Below are positions 9,130 to 19,019 of a stretch of DNA of 64,000 bases, in pieces (position 1 is the first letter of the stretch; each line of letters begins with the position of its first letter). The DNA lies in contig CAZMZE010000040.1 of NCBI GenBank assembly GCA_964570875.1, positions 3,252-67,251 on the forward strand, in the 5' to 3' direction. The notes beneath the pieces are model-generated. The model worked only from the letters and a program-made list of their open reading frames with translations, was not told the origin of the DNA and ran no database searches. The position numbers and the translations under genes are program-made. This DNA comes from an uncultured Dehalococcoidia bacterium (GTDB lineage: Bacteria; Chloroflexota; Dehalococcoidia; Lucifugimonadales; CATQGZ01).

Positions 9130-11505
9130 ATGAGTTATAAAGACAGCGATATTCTCAAAAGATTAGGGAATGGAGATCCTATCGAATCTGTGATTCGTTC
9201 CATGAACATGGACAAGACTCAGTTCCATCGATGGTGGAAAACCCAGACGAGTGGTAGAAATCCTAAAACAAGCGGCCAGATTAAGGGTCCAGTTAGCGAT
9301 GATGTAAATATTTTTAGAGACGCTAACGGAATCCCACACATACTGGCATCAAATGACCATGACCTGTTTTGGGGTTATGGCTACACAATGGCCCAAGATA
9401 GACTTTGGCAACTCGACTATTATCGCAGAAGAGGCATGGGTAAACTATCAGAAATTCTTGGTACGGACGCTTTAGAATATGACCGTTTGGTAAGAACAAT
9501 AGGTCTAAATCATATAGCACTGGCCCAATCAAAGGCATTGCCTGCATCAACGATGACTCTACTCGAATCATTTTCATCAGGCATTAACACCGTGATAGAA
9601 AACGACAGTATCCTGCCTCCGATCGAGTTCGAATTGCTAGATTACCGGCCTGAACCTTGGAGCCCGTTAGATTCCATAGCTATTTTGACCGAATTCAGGT
9701 GGTATTTGACTGGTCGCATGCCAGTAATTTACCTTCCCGAAATCGCTAAGCGTTATCTTTCAAACCAAGATCTGTATATAGCATTCTTGACCGCAGAGGC
9801 AGGTAATGAACTTATTGTTCCCGAAGCACATTACCCAAAAACGCAAATACCGACCGAGCCAGTGGGTGAAGTTGTAAATTCACCCGATGAAGGCATAGGG
9901 AGCAACAATTGGGTAGGAAATGGCAAGCTTTCAATCTCGGGGGCCCCTATATTGGCAAGCGACCCACATATTGCATTCGGCAGTGTTTCTTGCTGGTATC
10001 AAGCACATTTATCCGGAGGGTCTTTCGATTGTGCTGGAACAGGTTATGTAGGTGTCCCAGGATTCTGGTTCGGACGAAATCAATCCATGGCTTGGGGACT
10101 CACTAACAACATATGTTCCCAAAGAGATCTCTATCAAGAATCTGTCAACCCTGATGACCCTGATGACTTACTCTACGGGTATGAGTGGAAAAAAATCACG
10201 AAACGAGTTGAAAATATTGAAGTCAAGGGATCCAAACCTGTTGCCCACATGGTAACTTCATCACACAACGGCCCAATTGTAAATGAATTCCTCCCGGAAT
10301 CAGCAAGTTCAGAAGGACCAGTTTCTATTAAATGGCTTGGTTCCACATTGAGTGACGAAACAACTTGCCTGATCAACATGAACAGGGCACCGGATTGTGA
10401 GAATTTTAGAGAGTCAATTCGTGATTGGACCGTACCCACTTTGAGTTTCAGTTTCGCGGATAAAGACGGAAACATAGCTTATCAGTCATCTGGAAGAATA
10501 CCGGTTAGGAAAAACTGGGATCGTGGATTTCGCCCAGGGTGGGAACCTGAACACCAGTGGAACGGACTTATACCGTACGACCACATGCCCCAGATGACTA
10601 ATCCAACGGAAGGATGGATCCGTAGCGCAAACAATCGAACAGCCAGTGAAAATTACCCGTATCCTCTCTCTGGACAATGGAGTTCCGGCTACAGAGCGAA
10701 GCGAATCAGGCACATGCTCGAAGAAAATGATGCTATAGATAGAGATTTGTTTTCGAAAATGCAATCGGACGTTTTTTCAGAAAGAGCGGCAGAATCCGTT
10801 CCAGTGCTTATTGATTTACTTGAAAAAAGTCATGATGTGAAAATCCAAGAGGTCCTCAAACTCCTTAAAACATGGGATTTCAATTTGGAACCTGACAGTG
10901 GCGGCGCTGCTATTTTCGAAATATTCTTTATCCATTGGAGCTACCAAGTAGCTCTACAACAATTCCCCGAAGACGTCAGTAAGCTCCTGTCAGGTGCAAT
11001 GGCCGGACTCTCCGTGCAATTGTTGAGAAATAACATATCTGGATGGTTCAGTCCTGAATCCGATCGAAACGCCGCAATATTAAAATCCATGGATAAAGCC
11101 ATTGACGAATTAGAACGTCGAATAGGAAAAGACTCGTCTAGCTGGTCCTGGGGGACGTTGCACAAAGTGAATCTCCCTCATCTACTAGATGGAGTAGGGG
11201 ATTTAGGCTCTCTATTCAATAGAGGAGGAGACCCTGTTGGTGGGTCTGGGATAACCGTGAGTAATACCGGATTTGACCCTAATTATCTGGCAAGTATGGG
11301 GGCAAACTTCAGGCTTATTGTAGACCTAGGAGAATACCCTCCTGCACTTTGGACAGTTGACGCCGCAGGACAATCTGGGCACCTTTCCAGCAAAAATTAC
11401 TGTGACCAACTGCAAACATGGCTAAAAGGGAAATACAACAAGATTTATATGAACCAAAATGACATATCCAAACATTCTATCGATAAATTAGTCATAACTC
11501 GATAG
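9130..11505 (+). CDS. Penicillin acylase / acyl-homoserine-lactone acylase family Ntn hydrolase
   Basis: RDANGIPHI, AQDRLWQL, catalytic GSNNW, ASDPH, GQSGH. Confidence 0.92.
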   Translation: MSYKDSDILKRLGNGDPIESVIRSMNMDKTQFHRWWKTQTSGRNPKTSGQIKGPVSDDVNIFRDANGIPHILASNDHDLFWGYGYTMAQDRLWQLDYYRRRGMGKLSEILGTDALEYDRLVRTIGLNHIALAQSKALPASTMTLLESFSSGINTVIENDSILPPIEFELLDYRPEPWSPLDSIAILTEFRWYLTGRMPVIYLPEIAKRYLSNQDLYIAFLTAEAGNELIVPEAHYPKTQIPTEPVGEVVNSPDEGIGSNNWVGNGKLSISGAPILASDPHIAFGSVSCWYQAHLSGGSFDCAGTGYVGVPGFWFGRNQSMAWGLTNNICSQRDLYQESVNPDDPDDLLYGYEWKKITKRVENIEVKGSKPVAHMVTSSHNGPIVNEFLPESASSEGPVSIKWLGSTLSDETTCLINMNRAPDCENFRESIRDWTVPTLSFSFADKDGNIAYQSSGRIPVRKNWDRGFRPGWEPEHQWNGLIPYDHMPQMTNPTEGWIRSANNRTASENYPYPLSGQWSSGYRAKRIRHMLEENDAIDRDLFSKMQSDVFSERAAESVPVLIDLLEKSHDVKIQEVLKLLKTWDFNLEPDSGGAAIFEIFFIHWSYQVALQQFPEDVSKLLSGAMAGLSVQLLRNNISGWFSPESDRNAAILKSMDKAIDELERRIGKDSSSWSWGTLHKVNLPHLLDGVGDLGSLFNRGGDPVGGSGITVSNTGFDPNYLASMGANFRLIVDLGEYPPALWTVDAAGQSGHLSSKNYCDQLQTWLKGKYNKIYMNQNDISKHSIDKLVITR

Positions 11506-11693
11506 GCAAAACTGAAACCTAATAGACACAAAACTGTTTGATTTGCCTAAAACTAATTCATTATCGATAATACATAGAAGCTTCACATAGATTTAGCTGA
11601 GCTATCTTTCACAATCCCACAATAGAGGATATGTGGTTTCATAGCTCATTGAATATATTAAAATCGTAAAATTATATTAGGAGGGAAGGCCCC

Positions 11694-12881
11694 ATGGCCT
11701 ATACATCAATAAAAAGTTGGTTGCAGCAGGAACTTGAAACAATTGAAACTAGCGGGCTTTTCAAAAATGAAAAACTGATAGTATCAAGCCAGGGCGCGCA
11801 AGTAGATACTCCGGATGGAGAAGTCATCAATTTTTGTGCCAATAACTACCTTGGGCTAGCAGACCACCCAGAAATTCTAGCCACTATTCAAGACCGTATG
11901 AAAACACATGGTTTCGGCATGGCATCAGTGCGCTTTATATGCGGGACCCAAGATATCCACAAAGAACTTGAAGACCGAATAACAAATTTCATGGGTACTG
12001 AAGACACGATTCTATATACATCTTGCTTTGACGCAAACACTGGTTTATTTGAAACTTTGTTAGGGCCAGACGATGCTTTAATAAGTGACTCATTAAACCA
12101 CGCCAGCATAATTGATGGTGTGAGACTGTGTAGGGCTAAAAGAAAAATCTACCAACATTCTGACATGTCGGAACTCGAAGAACGGCTAAAAGAGACACAG
12201 GATTCTAGGTTCCGATTGATAGCAACTGACGGCGTTTTCAGCATGCAGGGGGACCTTGCACTACTTGATCAAATATGTGATCTAGCAGATAAGTATGATG
12301 CTCTGGTAATGGTTGATGATTCTCACGCCACGGCTTTTGTAGGTCCCAATGGCAAAGGCACAGCCGAAGAGATGGGAGTAATGGATAGGGTAGATATAGT
12401 TACGAGTACTCTAGGCAAAGCTCTGGGAGGAGCCTCCGGGGGATTTACAACCGGCAAAAAAGAAATCGTTAGTATTTTACGCCAACGGTCCAGGCCGTAT
12501 CTATTTTCCAATACACTAGCTCCTCCAATAGTAGCGGGAGCAATAAAGGCATTGGAGATAGCAGAATCTCAACCTGAGTTGCGACAAAAACTGTGGGAAA
12601 ATACCTCATACTTTCGAACTCGCATGACTGAGCTGGGGTTCGATATTATACCTGGTATTCATCCTATCGTACCTATCATGGTAAGAGATGAACTTAAAAA
12701 TGTAGCTATAGCAAAATCTATGAATGACCTTGGGATTTTTGTGGTTAGCTTTAGCTTCCCCGTGGTTCCTAGGGGAGAGGCCAGAATTCGAGTTCAAATT
12801 TCAGCTGCCCATAGCAAGGATCACTTAGACAGAGCAATATCAGCATTTGAATCATCAGGGAAAGAGCACGGGATAATATAG
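11694..12881 (+). CDS. kbl: Glycine C-acetyltransferase (2-amino-3-ketobutyrate CoA ligase)
   Basis: [47 protein letters not shown]. Confidence 0.95.
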   Translation: MAYTSIKSWLQQELETIETSGLFKNEKLIVSSQGAQVDTPDGEVINFCANNYLGLADHPEILATIQDRMKTHGFGMASVRFICGTQDIHKELEDRITNFMGTEDTILYTSCFDANTGLFETLLGPDDALISDSLNHASIIDGVRLCRAKRKIYQHSDMSELEERLKETQDSRFRLIATDGVFSMQGDLALLDQICDLADKYDALVMVDDSHATAFVGPNGKGTAEEMGVMDRVDIVTSTLGKALGGASGGFTTGKKEIVSILRQRSRPYLFSNTLAPPIVAGAIKALEIAESQPELRQKLWENTSYFRTRMTELGFDIIPGIHPIVPIMVRDELKNVAIAKSMNDLGIFVVSFSFPVVPRGEARIRVQISAAHSKDHLDRAISAFESSGKEHGII

Positions 12882-12901
12882 TTAATATTAAATGAAAAGG
12901 T

Positions 12902-13651
12902 GTGTTTATGACCAATAAAATCGCCATCGTCACAGGGGCCGGACAGGGGATGGGACGTTCAGTAGCCATGAAGCTAGCGAGTGAAGGGAATAAAATCATT
13001 GTCAACGACGTGAATTCTGAACAGGCCGACTCCACTGTTTCCAAAATAAATGCACTTGGAGGGATAGCCTACCCTAATAACGCTGACGTAACTTCTCATG
13101 ATGAAGTAACCAATATGGCTGATCAGTGCTTAACCCTATACGGAAATATTCACATATTGGTCAATAATGCCGGTGTACTCAGGCCAACAAAGGTTATCGA
13201 TATTGAGGAGCAAGAATGGGACTGGGTAATAGGTGTCAATCTAAAAGGTACCTACCTATGTTCAAGGGCAGTACTCCCTGCTATGCAAGATGCCGGATGG
13301 GGTAGGATAGTGAATTTCTCTTCCACTGCCGGTAAAAGCACCAGTACTGTCGGCGGCGCCCATTACACAGCAGCTAAAGCTGGAATTTTAGGATTCACGC
13401 GACACTTATCTAGAGAGGCGGCCCCTTTTGGAATCACAGTTAATTCAGTTTGTCCGGGTCTTATAGATACAGAAATGGTCCGTAGCACAATCAGCGAAGA
13501 CAGAGCAAAATTTTATACTGATTCCTTCCCTATTTCACGTATGGGAGACCCTACCGAAGTGGCAGAATTGGTCGCGTTCTTGGCATCCGATAAAGCAGCC
13601 TATATCACAGGCGCATCATTGGACATAAATGGCGGAGATTTAACCATCTAA
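12902..13651 (+). CDS. Classical SDR oxidoreductase (FabG-like)
   Basis: TGAGQGMG, NNAG, YTAAK, VCPG. Confidence 0.92.
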   Translation: MFMTNKIAIVTGAGQGMGRSVAMKLASEGNKIIVNDVNSEQADSTVSKINALGGIAYPNNADVTSHDEVTNMADQCLTLYGNIHILVNNAGVLRPTKVIDIEEQEWDWVIGVNLKGTYLCSRAVLPAMQDAGWGRIVNFSSTAGKSTSTVGGAHYTAAKAGILGFTRHLSREAAPFGITVNSVCPGLIDTEMVRSTISEDRAKFYTDSFPISRMGDPTEVAELVAFLASDKAAYITGASLDINGGDLTI

Positions 13652-13685
13652 ATACTCTAAACTCAAACCAGCTAGGATTTCCTGG

Positions 13686-14264
13686 CTATAGTGAGCCTTT
13701 TATTACGATATCAGCGTAGTGTTGTGGTTCGAATATTTTTAGGTACCATTCTTCTGCTAATATCCAGGGATCTATCCAATTTGAATCCGGATAGTTTCGG
13801 CTAGCTATTCTCATAACTCGTTGGGATTTGGGAGTGTCTACATATATTTTGAATTGGTAAAATGCCCTAAGTGCCGGGAGCAGGGCAAAGACTCCTTCAA
13901 CTATCAGGACATCATTAGCAGGTATTTCAATCTTGTCTGATAGTTCATCTGAATCCCAATCGTATTTACGGTACACCGAACACAAGCTTTTGCCGGCAGG
14001 TATAAGTAAGTGATCCTTTAACCTTCTCCAGTCGAAAAAACTTTCAATTAATTCATAGGATCCCAGTTTGATTACTTGATCAAAGTGAATTGGCCTGTAA
14101 AAATCATCTATATTTACACAGCTGGCATTTGGCATTTGAGCGACAAGTTGTTTTGCTAAAGTTGATTTGCCAGCACCTGCTAACCCATCTATAGCGACAA
14201 TCAGAGGGTAACTCATGTCGTTAGCAAGGCAGATGATTTGTTCAATTTGATGGCTTCTAAACAT
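13686..14264 (-). CDS. Uridine kinase-like P-loop kinase
   Basis: DGLAGAGKST, IDDFY, IVEGV. Confidence 0.8.
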   Translation of the reverse strand: MFRSHQIEQIICLANDMSYPLIVAIDGLAGAGKSTLAKQLVAQMPNASCVNIDDFYRPIHFDQVIKLGSYELIESFFDWRRLKDHLLIPAGKSLCSVYRKYDWDSDELSDKIEIPANDVLIVEGVFALLPALRAFYQFKIYVDTPKSQRVMRIASRNYPDSNWIDPWILAEEWYLKIFEPQHYADIVIKGSL

Positions 14265-14372
14265 TCAGTCACAAATCCTAATCTATATTTAATTATGTTG
14301 CCGTCAAATGGCACGCAAGGGAGGTCAAATTCACTACCATGTTTCTATCGCCAACCATGATAATAAAATAGG

Positions 14373-15341
14373 CTATGCAAACTCTAAAAGTCGTGTTTTT
14401 ATAAGCCGTGATGCTATTTTGACAGGTTCACCATAACCATTTTCATGAAATCCAAAATCTTCTAAAAACGCCTGTTTCTCTTCATCCTCATACGACACGA
14501 TTGATTGAATTTTATAACCGGATTGTAGTCCCCAATTAGTCGCTGCATGCATTAAATCAATCCAAATTCCTTTGTCTGAATTCAATGAGAAAGAATCAAC
14601 TATGCAAACGCCTCCATCTAGCAATTTTGCGCTTGACAATCCCACCAACAGACCGCCAGATTCTCGGGCGCCGAACCACATACCTTTGCCGTCAGCACAC
14701 AATTCCTGATAACGTCTATAGAGGCCCAAACAAGAATTTTGCACAGCGTATCTAGTTGAAACCAAATTCACATTTAAATCCAATACAAGCCAATCATGAG
14801 GGAAAACTATCAATGGGATCATCGGTACTCTCATTCCTGGGTTTGCTTCATGCACACCATATTCTCCAAGGTTGGATAGCAATCCCACCAGAAAAGCTTC
14901 TGGGGAAATTCTATTCAAAGTGTTAACCATCACATTAGCACTTGCTAATTTGCGCCAGCCCAAGCGATGATAAATCCTTGCTGCCTCAGGATTCGCTGTA
15001 CCTAAAAATATCCCCTGTCCCTCCCTCTCAAAAAAATCATCTACCGCTACTTGGCAAAGTTTGGTGGCAATACCCGAACGTCTCAATGTCGGATCAGTAG
15101 CAACCTGCCCTAACCCCGCCAATCTTGGGTCGTGCGATGTAGTAGTTAATCCACAGGTTCCAGCGATGTTGCCGCGCATCGATTGTGAATAAATCACGTG
15201 ATAGTTAATGCCGTCTTCGGAGCCAGTGAAAGCGTCTTGGCCTATATCTAAAGGTCCCCCAAATATAGCATGCCAAAATTTAGTAAAATTCTGGGCCTGG
15301 TTCTCACTGATTGGAGATTCGTTTCTGGTAATTATTGTCAT
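14373..15341 (-). CDS. GNAT N-acetyltransferase (two-domain)
   Basis: VATDPTLRRSGIA acetyl-CoA loop and ARIYHRLGW; second degenerate GNAT domain. Confidence 0.8.
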   Translation of the reverse strand: MTIITRNESPISENQAQNFTKFWHAIFGGPLDIGQDAFTGSEDGINYHVIYSQSMRGNIAGTCGLTTTSHDPRLAGLGQVATDPTLRRSGIATKLCQVAVDDFFEREGQGIFLGTANPEAARIYHRLGWRKLASANVMVNTLNRISPEAFLVGLLSNLGEYGVHEANPGMRVPMIPLIVFPHDWLVLDLNVNLVSTRYAVQNSCLGLYRRYQELCADGKGMWFGARESGGLLVGLSSAKLLDGGVCIVDSFSLNSDKGIWIDLMHAATNWGLQSGYKIQSIVSYEDEEKQAFLEDFGFHENGYGEPVKIASRLIKTRLLEFA

Positions 15342-15503
15342 TGGAGAAAAATAAGTTTACACACCTAATATGTAGGCCTAAAATATTAATCTATACCCAA
15401 CCAAATTGCCGAGCAAGAAACTCTTTGTAATTCAGAAAAACGATGTTTCTTTCTTTTTCATTTAAATTAAAGCATTATGACTGAGCTATATCTACATTCA
15501 TGT

Positions 15504-16487
15504 TTACTCAGCGTACACCTCTGGATTGACACATTCCAAAAGTTTCTTCCCTTGTAATCCGTTGATCAAATTTTGTGCTGCAATTCTAGACATTTCCTGC
15601 CTTGCTTCAATGCTTGCGCTAGCAATATGAGGGGCAATGATACAGTTATCCAATGTCAATAGGGGATCATCATCCGGAATTGGCTCTGGCTCAGTAACAT
15701 CTAGGCCAGCGGCGGCAATTTCTCCATTTTTCAAAGCACGGTAAAGAGCATTCGGATCAATAACGGGACCACGAGCCGCATTTACTAACACAGCTGTAGA
15801 TTTCATGGCTGAAAATTCTTCATCACTTATTAAGTGATACGTTTCCGGAGTGAGATTGACATGTACACTAAGAAAATCAGATTGCTTCAAGATAGTGTCC
15901 CTGTCTACGTAGGTCAGGGAATATTGTTCTTCGAGGTCCTTGCGGCGAATTATGTCATGATACAAGATATTCATTTGAAACCCAGATGCTCTTTTAGCAA
16001 CTTCCAGGCCTATCCTGCCGAGACCAATCAAGCCCAAGGTACTTCCGTAAATTTCTTTGCCCAAGAAATGTAACGGATGCCATGTCTTCCATTTACCTGC
16101 CTTAACAAAGTTCGTCCCATCTATAAGTCGCCTGCCTGCAGCCAGCATCAAAGTAAAAGTAAAATCCGCTGTTGCATGAGTCAAAACTCCTGGAGTGTAG
16201 CCTACTGGTATACCGCGTTTGGTTGCAGCTTGCACGTCGATGTTTTCATATCCTACTGCTATTTGACTAATAACTTTTAGGCTAGGCCCGGCTATTTCCA
16301 TTAATTCGGAGTCTATCTTGTCTGTTAAAAGGCACAGCAACCCATCCACACCAGAAACCTTTGATAACAATACATCTCGGGAGGCGGGTGTTTCTTCTGG
16401 CCACAATTCGGTATCAGCTACATCCCTAACCATTTGTATTGCTTCTGGAAAGATTTGTCTAGATATGAATACTTTCGGTTTGCTCAC
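15504..16487 (-). CDS. D-2-hydroxyacid dehydrogenase (glyoxylate/D-glycerate reductase)
   Basis: AVGYENID, GLGRIG, NAARG, LDVTEPEP, PHIAS. Confidence 0.93.
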   Translation of the reverse strand: MSKPKVFISRQIFPEAIQMVRDVADTELWPEETPASRDVLLSKVSGVDGLLCLLTDKIDSELMEIAGPSLKVISQIAVGYENIDVQAATKRGIPVGYTPGVLTHATADFTFTLMLAAGRRLIDGTNFVKAGKWKTWHPLHFLGKEIYGSTLGLIGLGRIGLEVAKRASGFQMNILYHDIIRRKDLEEQYSLTYVDRDTILKQSDFLSVHVNLTPETYHLISDEEFSAMKSTAVLVNAARGPVIDPNALYRALKNGEIAAAGLDVTEPEPIPDDDPLLTLDNCIIAPHIASASIEARQEMSRIAAQNLINGLQGKKLLECVNPEVYAE

Positions 16488-16578
16488 GTCTCTCCTTTAT
16501 TACTACCTAACATAGTTCAATATAGCCTATTCTTTCAACCAACAATTAATCTTTGCTAATAATGAATCATACTTGAAT

Positions 16579-17640
16579 TCACCAGTCAATTCTCAGTTTT
16601 GTCCACCGGACCCCAAAAACCCCTGTCTCTTTAGTCCAATGGGTCGCTAGAAATGTACCGTCATCTAGTTTTATTGCAGTCGGGAAGCCAAATTCAAGTT
16701 TTTTCAATTCCTCCACTCCAGTATACTCACCCTCTGGTTTATCACGGGATGTTTTCGAATCCCACATAGGCTTATCAAGATGGGTAATCCATCCCTCTTT
16801 TGTAAAAGTCACTAGAGCCATCATAACTGCTTGGGCTCCATATCTTTTGTTGTACAAAATGAGCATTTTGTTACCATCTATCGGAACAGGAGTCATTGTT
16901 TGGCCGAAAAATTCAGTCTCAACCGGAGCAGACCAGCTTGTGCCATCATCCGTCGAAACAACAAAGCTGTTAGGCATGTCTTTAACATCTCCAAAAGTTA
17001 CTGTCCAAGCAGTAGCCAGTAATGTCCCTGGGCTAATTTCAGCTAATTTTTGTTCAAAATAACCTCGTTTATATTCCGGGTCTTTGAAAATGACTACTTG
17101 GCTACACCAGGTTCTGCCTCCATCATCAGAGACTGCTGCCAAAACTTTTTCTCCCAACCTACCTTCTGGTAAAGTAGCAGCCGGGGCCAGCATTCTCCCT
17201 GATGATAGAGGAAGAATTCCGTGGGACACTTCAATTGAACCCTCTCTTTGGAAAGGTACCACCTGTGGTTCAGACCAGTGCTTTCCTTGATCATTAGAGC
17301 TGCAGAAAACAGCCTCATTTTCCGTATGCCCAAATCTGTCTTTATCAGTCGGGTATGATCGTGAACCATATGCGTAGAGCACATTTCGGTCTGATGAAAT
17401 ACTTAGTTTTAAAGCATTGGTACTGGGCGGACTTAAAGTTGCCGGTAAAATGGTTCCCTCTACATCCCATGAATAGCCTCCGTCACAAGATCTTGCCCAA
17501 TCTGTACCTCCAGTAACAAAATGCCCTCCTCCAACATTGAACGAGCACAATATATCCCCATTACTCAATTGAACTGCTTGGGGAAAAGCTGAGTCTCTCT
17601 GGTCAATAAATCCAGTCCCCAAAATTTCAATGTTTGGCAT
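16579..17640 (-). CDS. Sialidase/BNR-repeat beta-propeller protein
   Basis: Asp boxes SCDGGYSW, SNDQGKHW, SDDGGRTW, STDDGTSW; start set at ATG 17640. Confidence 0.82.
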   Translation of the reverse strand: MPNIEILGTGFIDQRDSAFPQAVQLSNGDILCSFNVGGGHFVTGGTDWARSCDGGYSWDVEGTILPATLSPPSTNALKLSISSDRNVLYAYGSRSYPTDKDRFGHTENEAVFCSSNDQGKHWSEPQVVPFQREGSIEVSHGILPLSSGRMLAPAATLPEGRLGEKVLAAVSDDGGRTWCSQVVIFKDPEYKRGYFEQKLAEISPGTLLATAWTVTFGDVKDMPNSFVVSTDDGTSWSAPVETEFFGQTMTPVPIDGNKMLILYNKRYGAQAVMMALVTFTKEGWITHLDKPMWDSKTSRDKPEGEYTGVEELKKLEFGFPTAIKLDDGTFLATHWTKETGVFGVRWTKLRIDW

Positions 17641-17809
17641 ATTATCCCCACCTGTCTTTGTTATAATCACGCCAATGATAATTTCCATCACGTCCAAAGT
17701 ACAGACTTTGAACATAACCTCCCAGAGAATAAAGCCGATCTATATTTGTACTGGTAATTGACCGTCAATTCCTTCTATTGAAATCAACTCGTATTATTTA
17801 GAACATCCG

Positions 17810-18913
17810 GTGAGCAAATTGAGGTGCAATGTGACTATACTCCCATCTATGTTCCCTACCTTTGTAGTGGGTAGCTTACCTAGGCCCAAATGGGTCCAGG
17901 AACTGATTGAAGACCGCAAATCCAGAATTATAGATGAACATACTTCAAGCCAAATTTTGGACGATACCATACCCTCAGTACTTAGAATGCAGGAACGGGC
18001 TGGTTTAGATTTTGTATCGGACGGAGAATGGAGAAGAGAAAGCTATGTCAAAGTGTTTTCTGACGCAGTTAACGGGTTCAAAAATGACCTGATATATGAT
18101 GGGACTGCGATCTCAAAAATAGGTTATCCAGCTGTTGTATCAAAAATGAAGGTGCAACGAAGTATCGCAACCAACGAAGCAGAATTTCTAATCAACAACA
18201 CCAATCACAACACATTAGTAGCTCTCCCATCACCCTACACTATCGCACGCAGAATGTGGAGTCCGGACCATTCAGGAAAAACATATTCGACCCGCGAAGA
18301 CTTCATGGATGCCTGCATACCAATTATAAGAGACGAAATCAGGCAATTGATTAACATAGGAGTGACAACTATCCAACTTGATGACCCATGGCTAGCACTA
18401 TTAGTCGATCCTTTATACAGAGAACGAGAGAAAATCACTAACGTAGACCATGAAATCCGACAGTCCATCAAAGGCATTAATGAATCTCTAATTGACTTTC
18501 CCAAAGGCATAATGAGTGTGCATCTGTGTCATGCACATTTCAACAGGAAACATGGCACTACCGGATCCTACGATTTAATTATTGAGGCCCTCCACCAGAT
18601 GAATGTGAATCGATTTGCTATCGAATTCGCCACCCCTGACGCAGGCGGCATAGACGTTTTGCGGAAATTCCCTAAAGATAAATTGCTCGGTTTGGGAGTC
18701 ATCGACCACACAGACCCTATCGTAGAGACTCCATCTGTAGTTATAGAACGGACAATGGCAGCGATGGAATTTATACAACCCAACCAAATAACCCTGAACC
18801 CAGACTGTGGATTTGCACCATCCAGCGCAAACCCCATGGATTTGGATGAGGCTTATTTAAAATTGACAGCGATGTGCGAGGCAGCCAATAAATTACGTGA
18901 AGATTATGCATGA
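17810..18913 (+). CDS. Second single-barrel cobalamin-independent methionine synthase II family protein
   Basis: VVGSLPRP, QERAGLDFVSDGEWRR, HLC, IEFA, PDCG. Confidence 0.9.
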   Translation: MSKLRCNVTILPSMFPTFVVGSLPRPKWVQELIEDRKSRIIDEHTSSQILDDTIPSVLRMQERAGLDFVSDGEWRRESYVKVFSDAVNGFKNDLIYDGTAISKIGYPAVVSKMKVQRSIATNEAEFLINNTNHNTLVALPSPYTIARRMWSPDHSGKTYSTREDFMDACIPIIRDEIRQLINIGVTTIQLDDPWLALLVDPLYREREKITNVDHEIRQSIKGINESLIDFPKGIMSVHLCHAHFNRKHGTTGSYDLIIEALHQMNVNRFAIEFATPDAGGIDVLRKFPKDKLLGLGVIDHTDPIVETPSVVIERTMAAMEFIQPNQITLNPDCGFAPSSANPMDLDEAYLKLTAMCEAANKLREDYA

Positions 18914-19019
18914 ACTTGATTAAAACTGATACAAATCAGCCCATCAAAGAAAAATTTTCGTTGGATTAAGTATAGGAATGTTATATCATCCTGCTTATTC
19001 TCAGGAGCTGAAGTCCAAT

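Noticed and set aside
11502-11522. TAGG...CCTA resembling a DtxR/IdeR box
   Set aside because: Spacing is 11 nt rather than 9 and the inner bases do not match.
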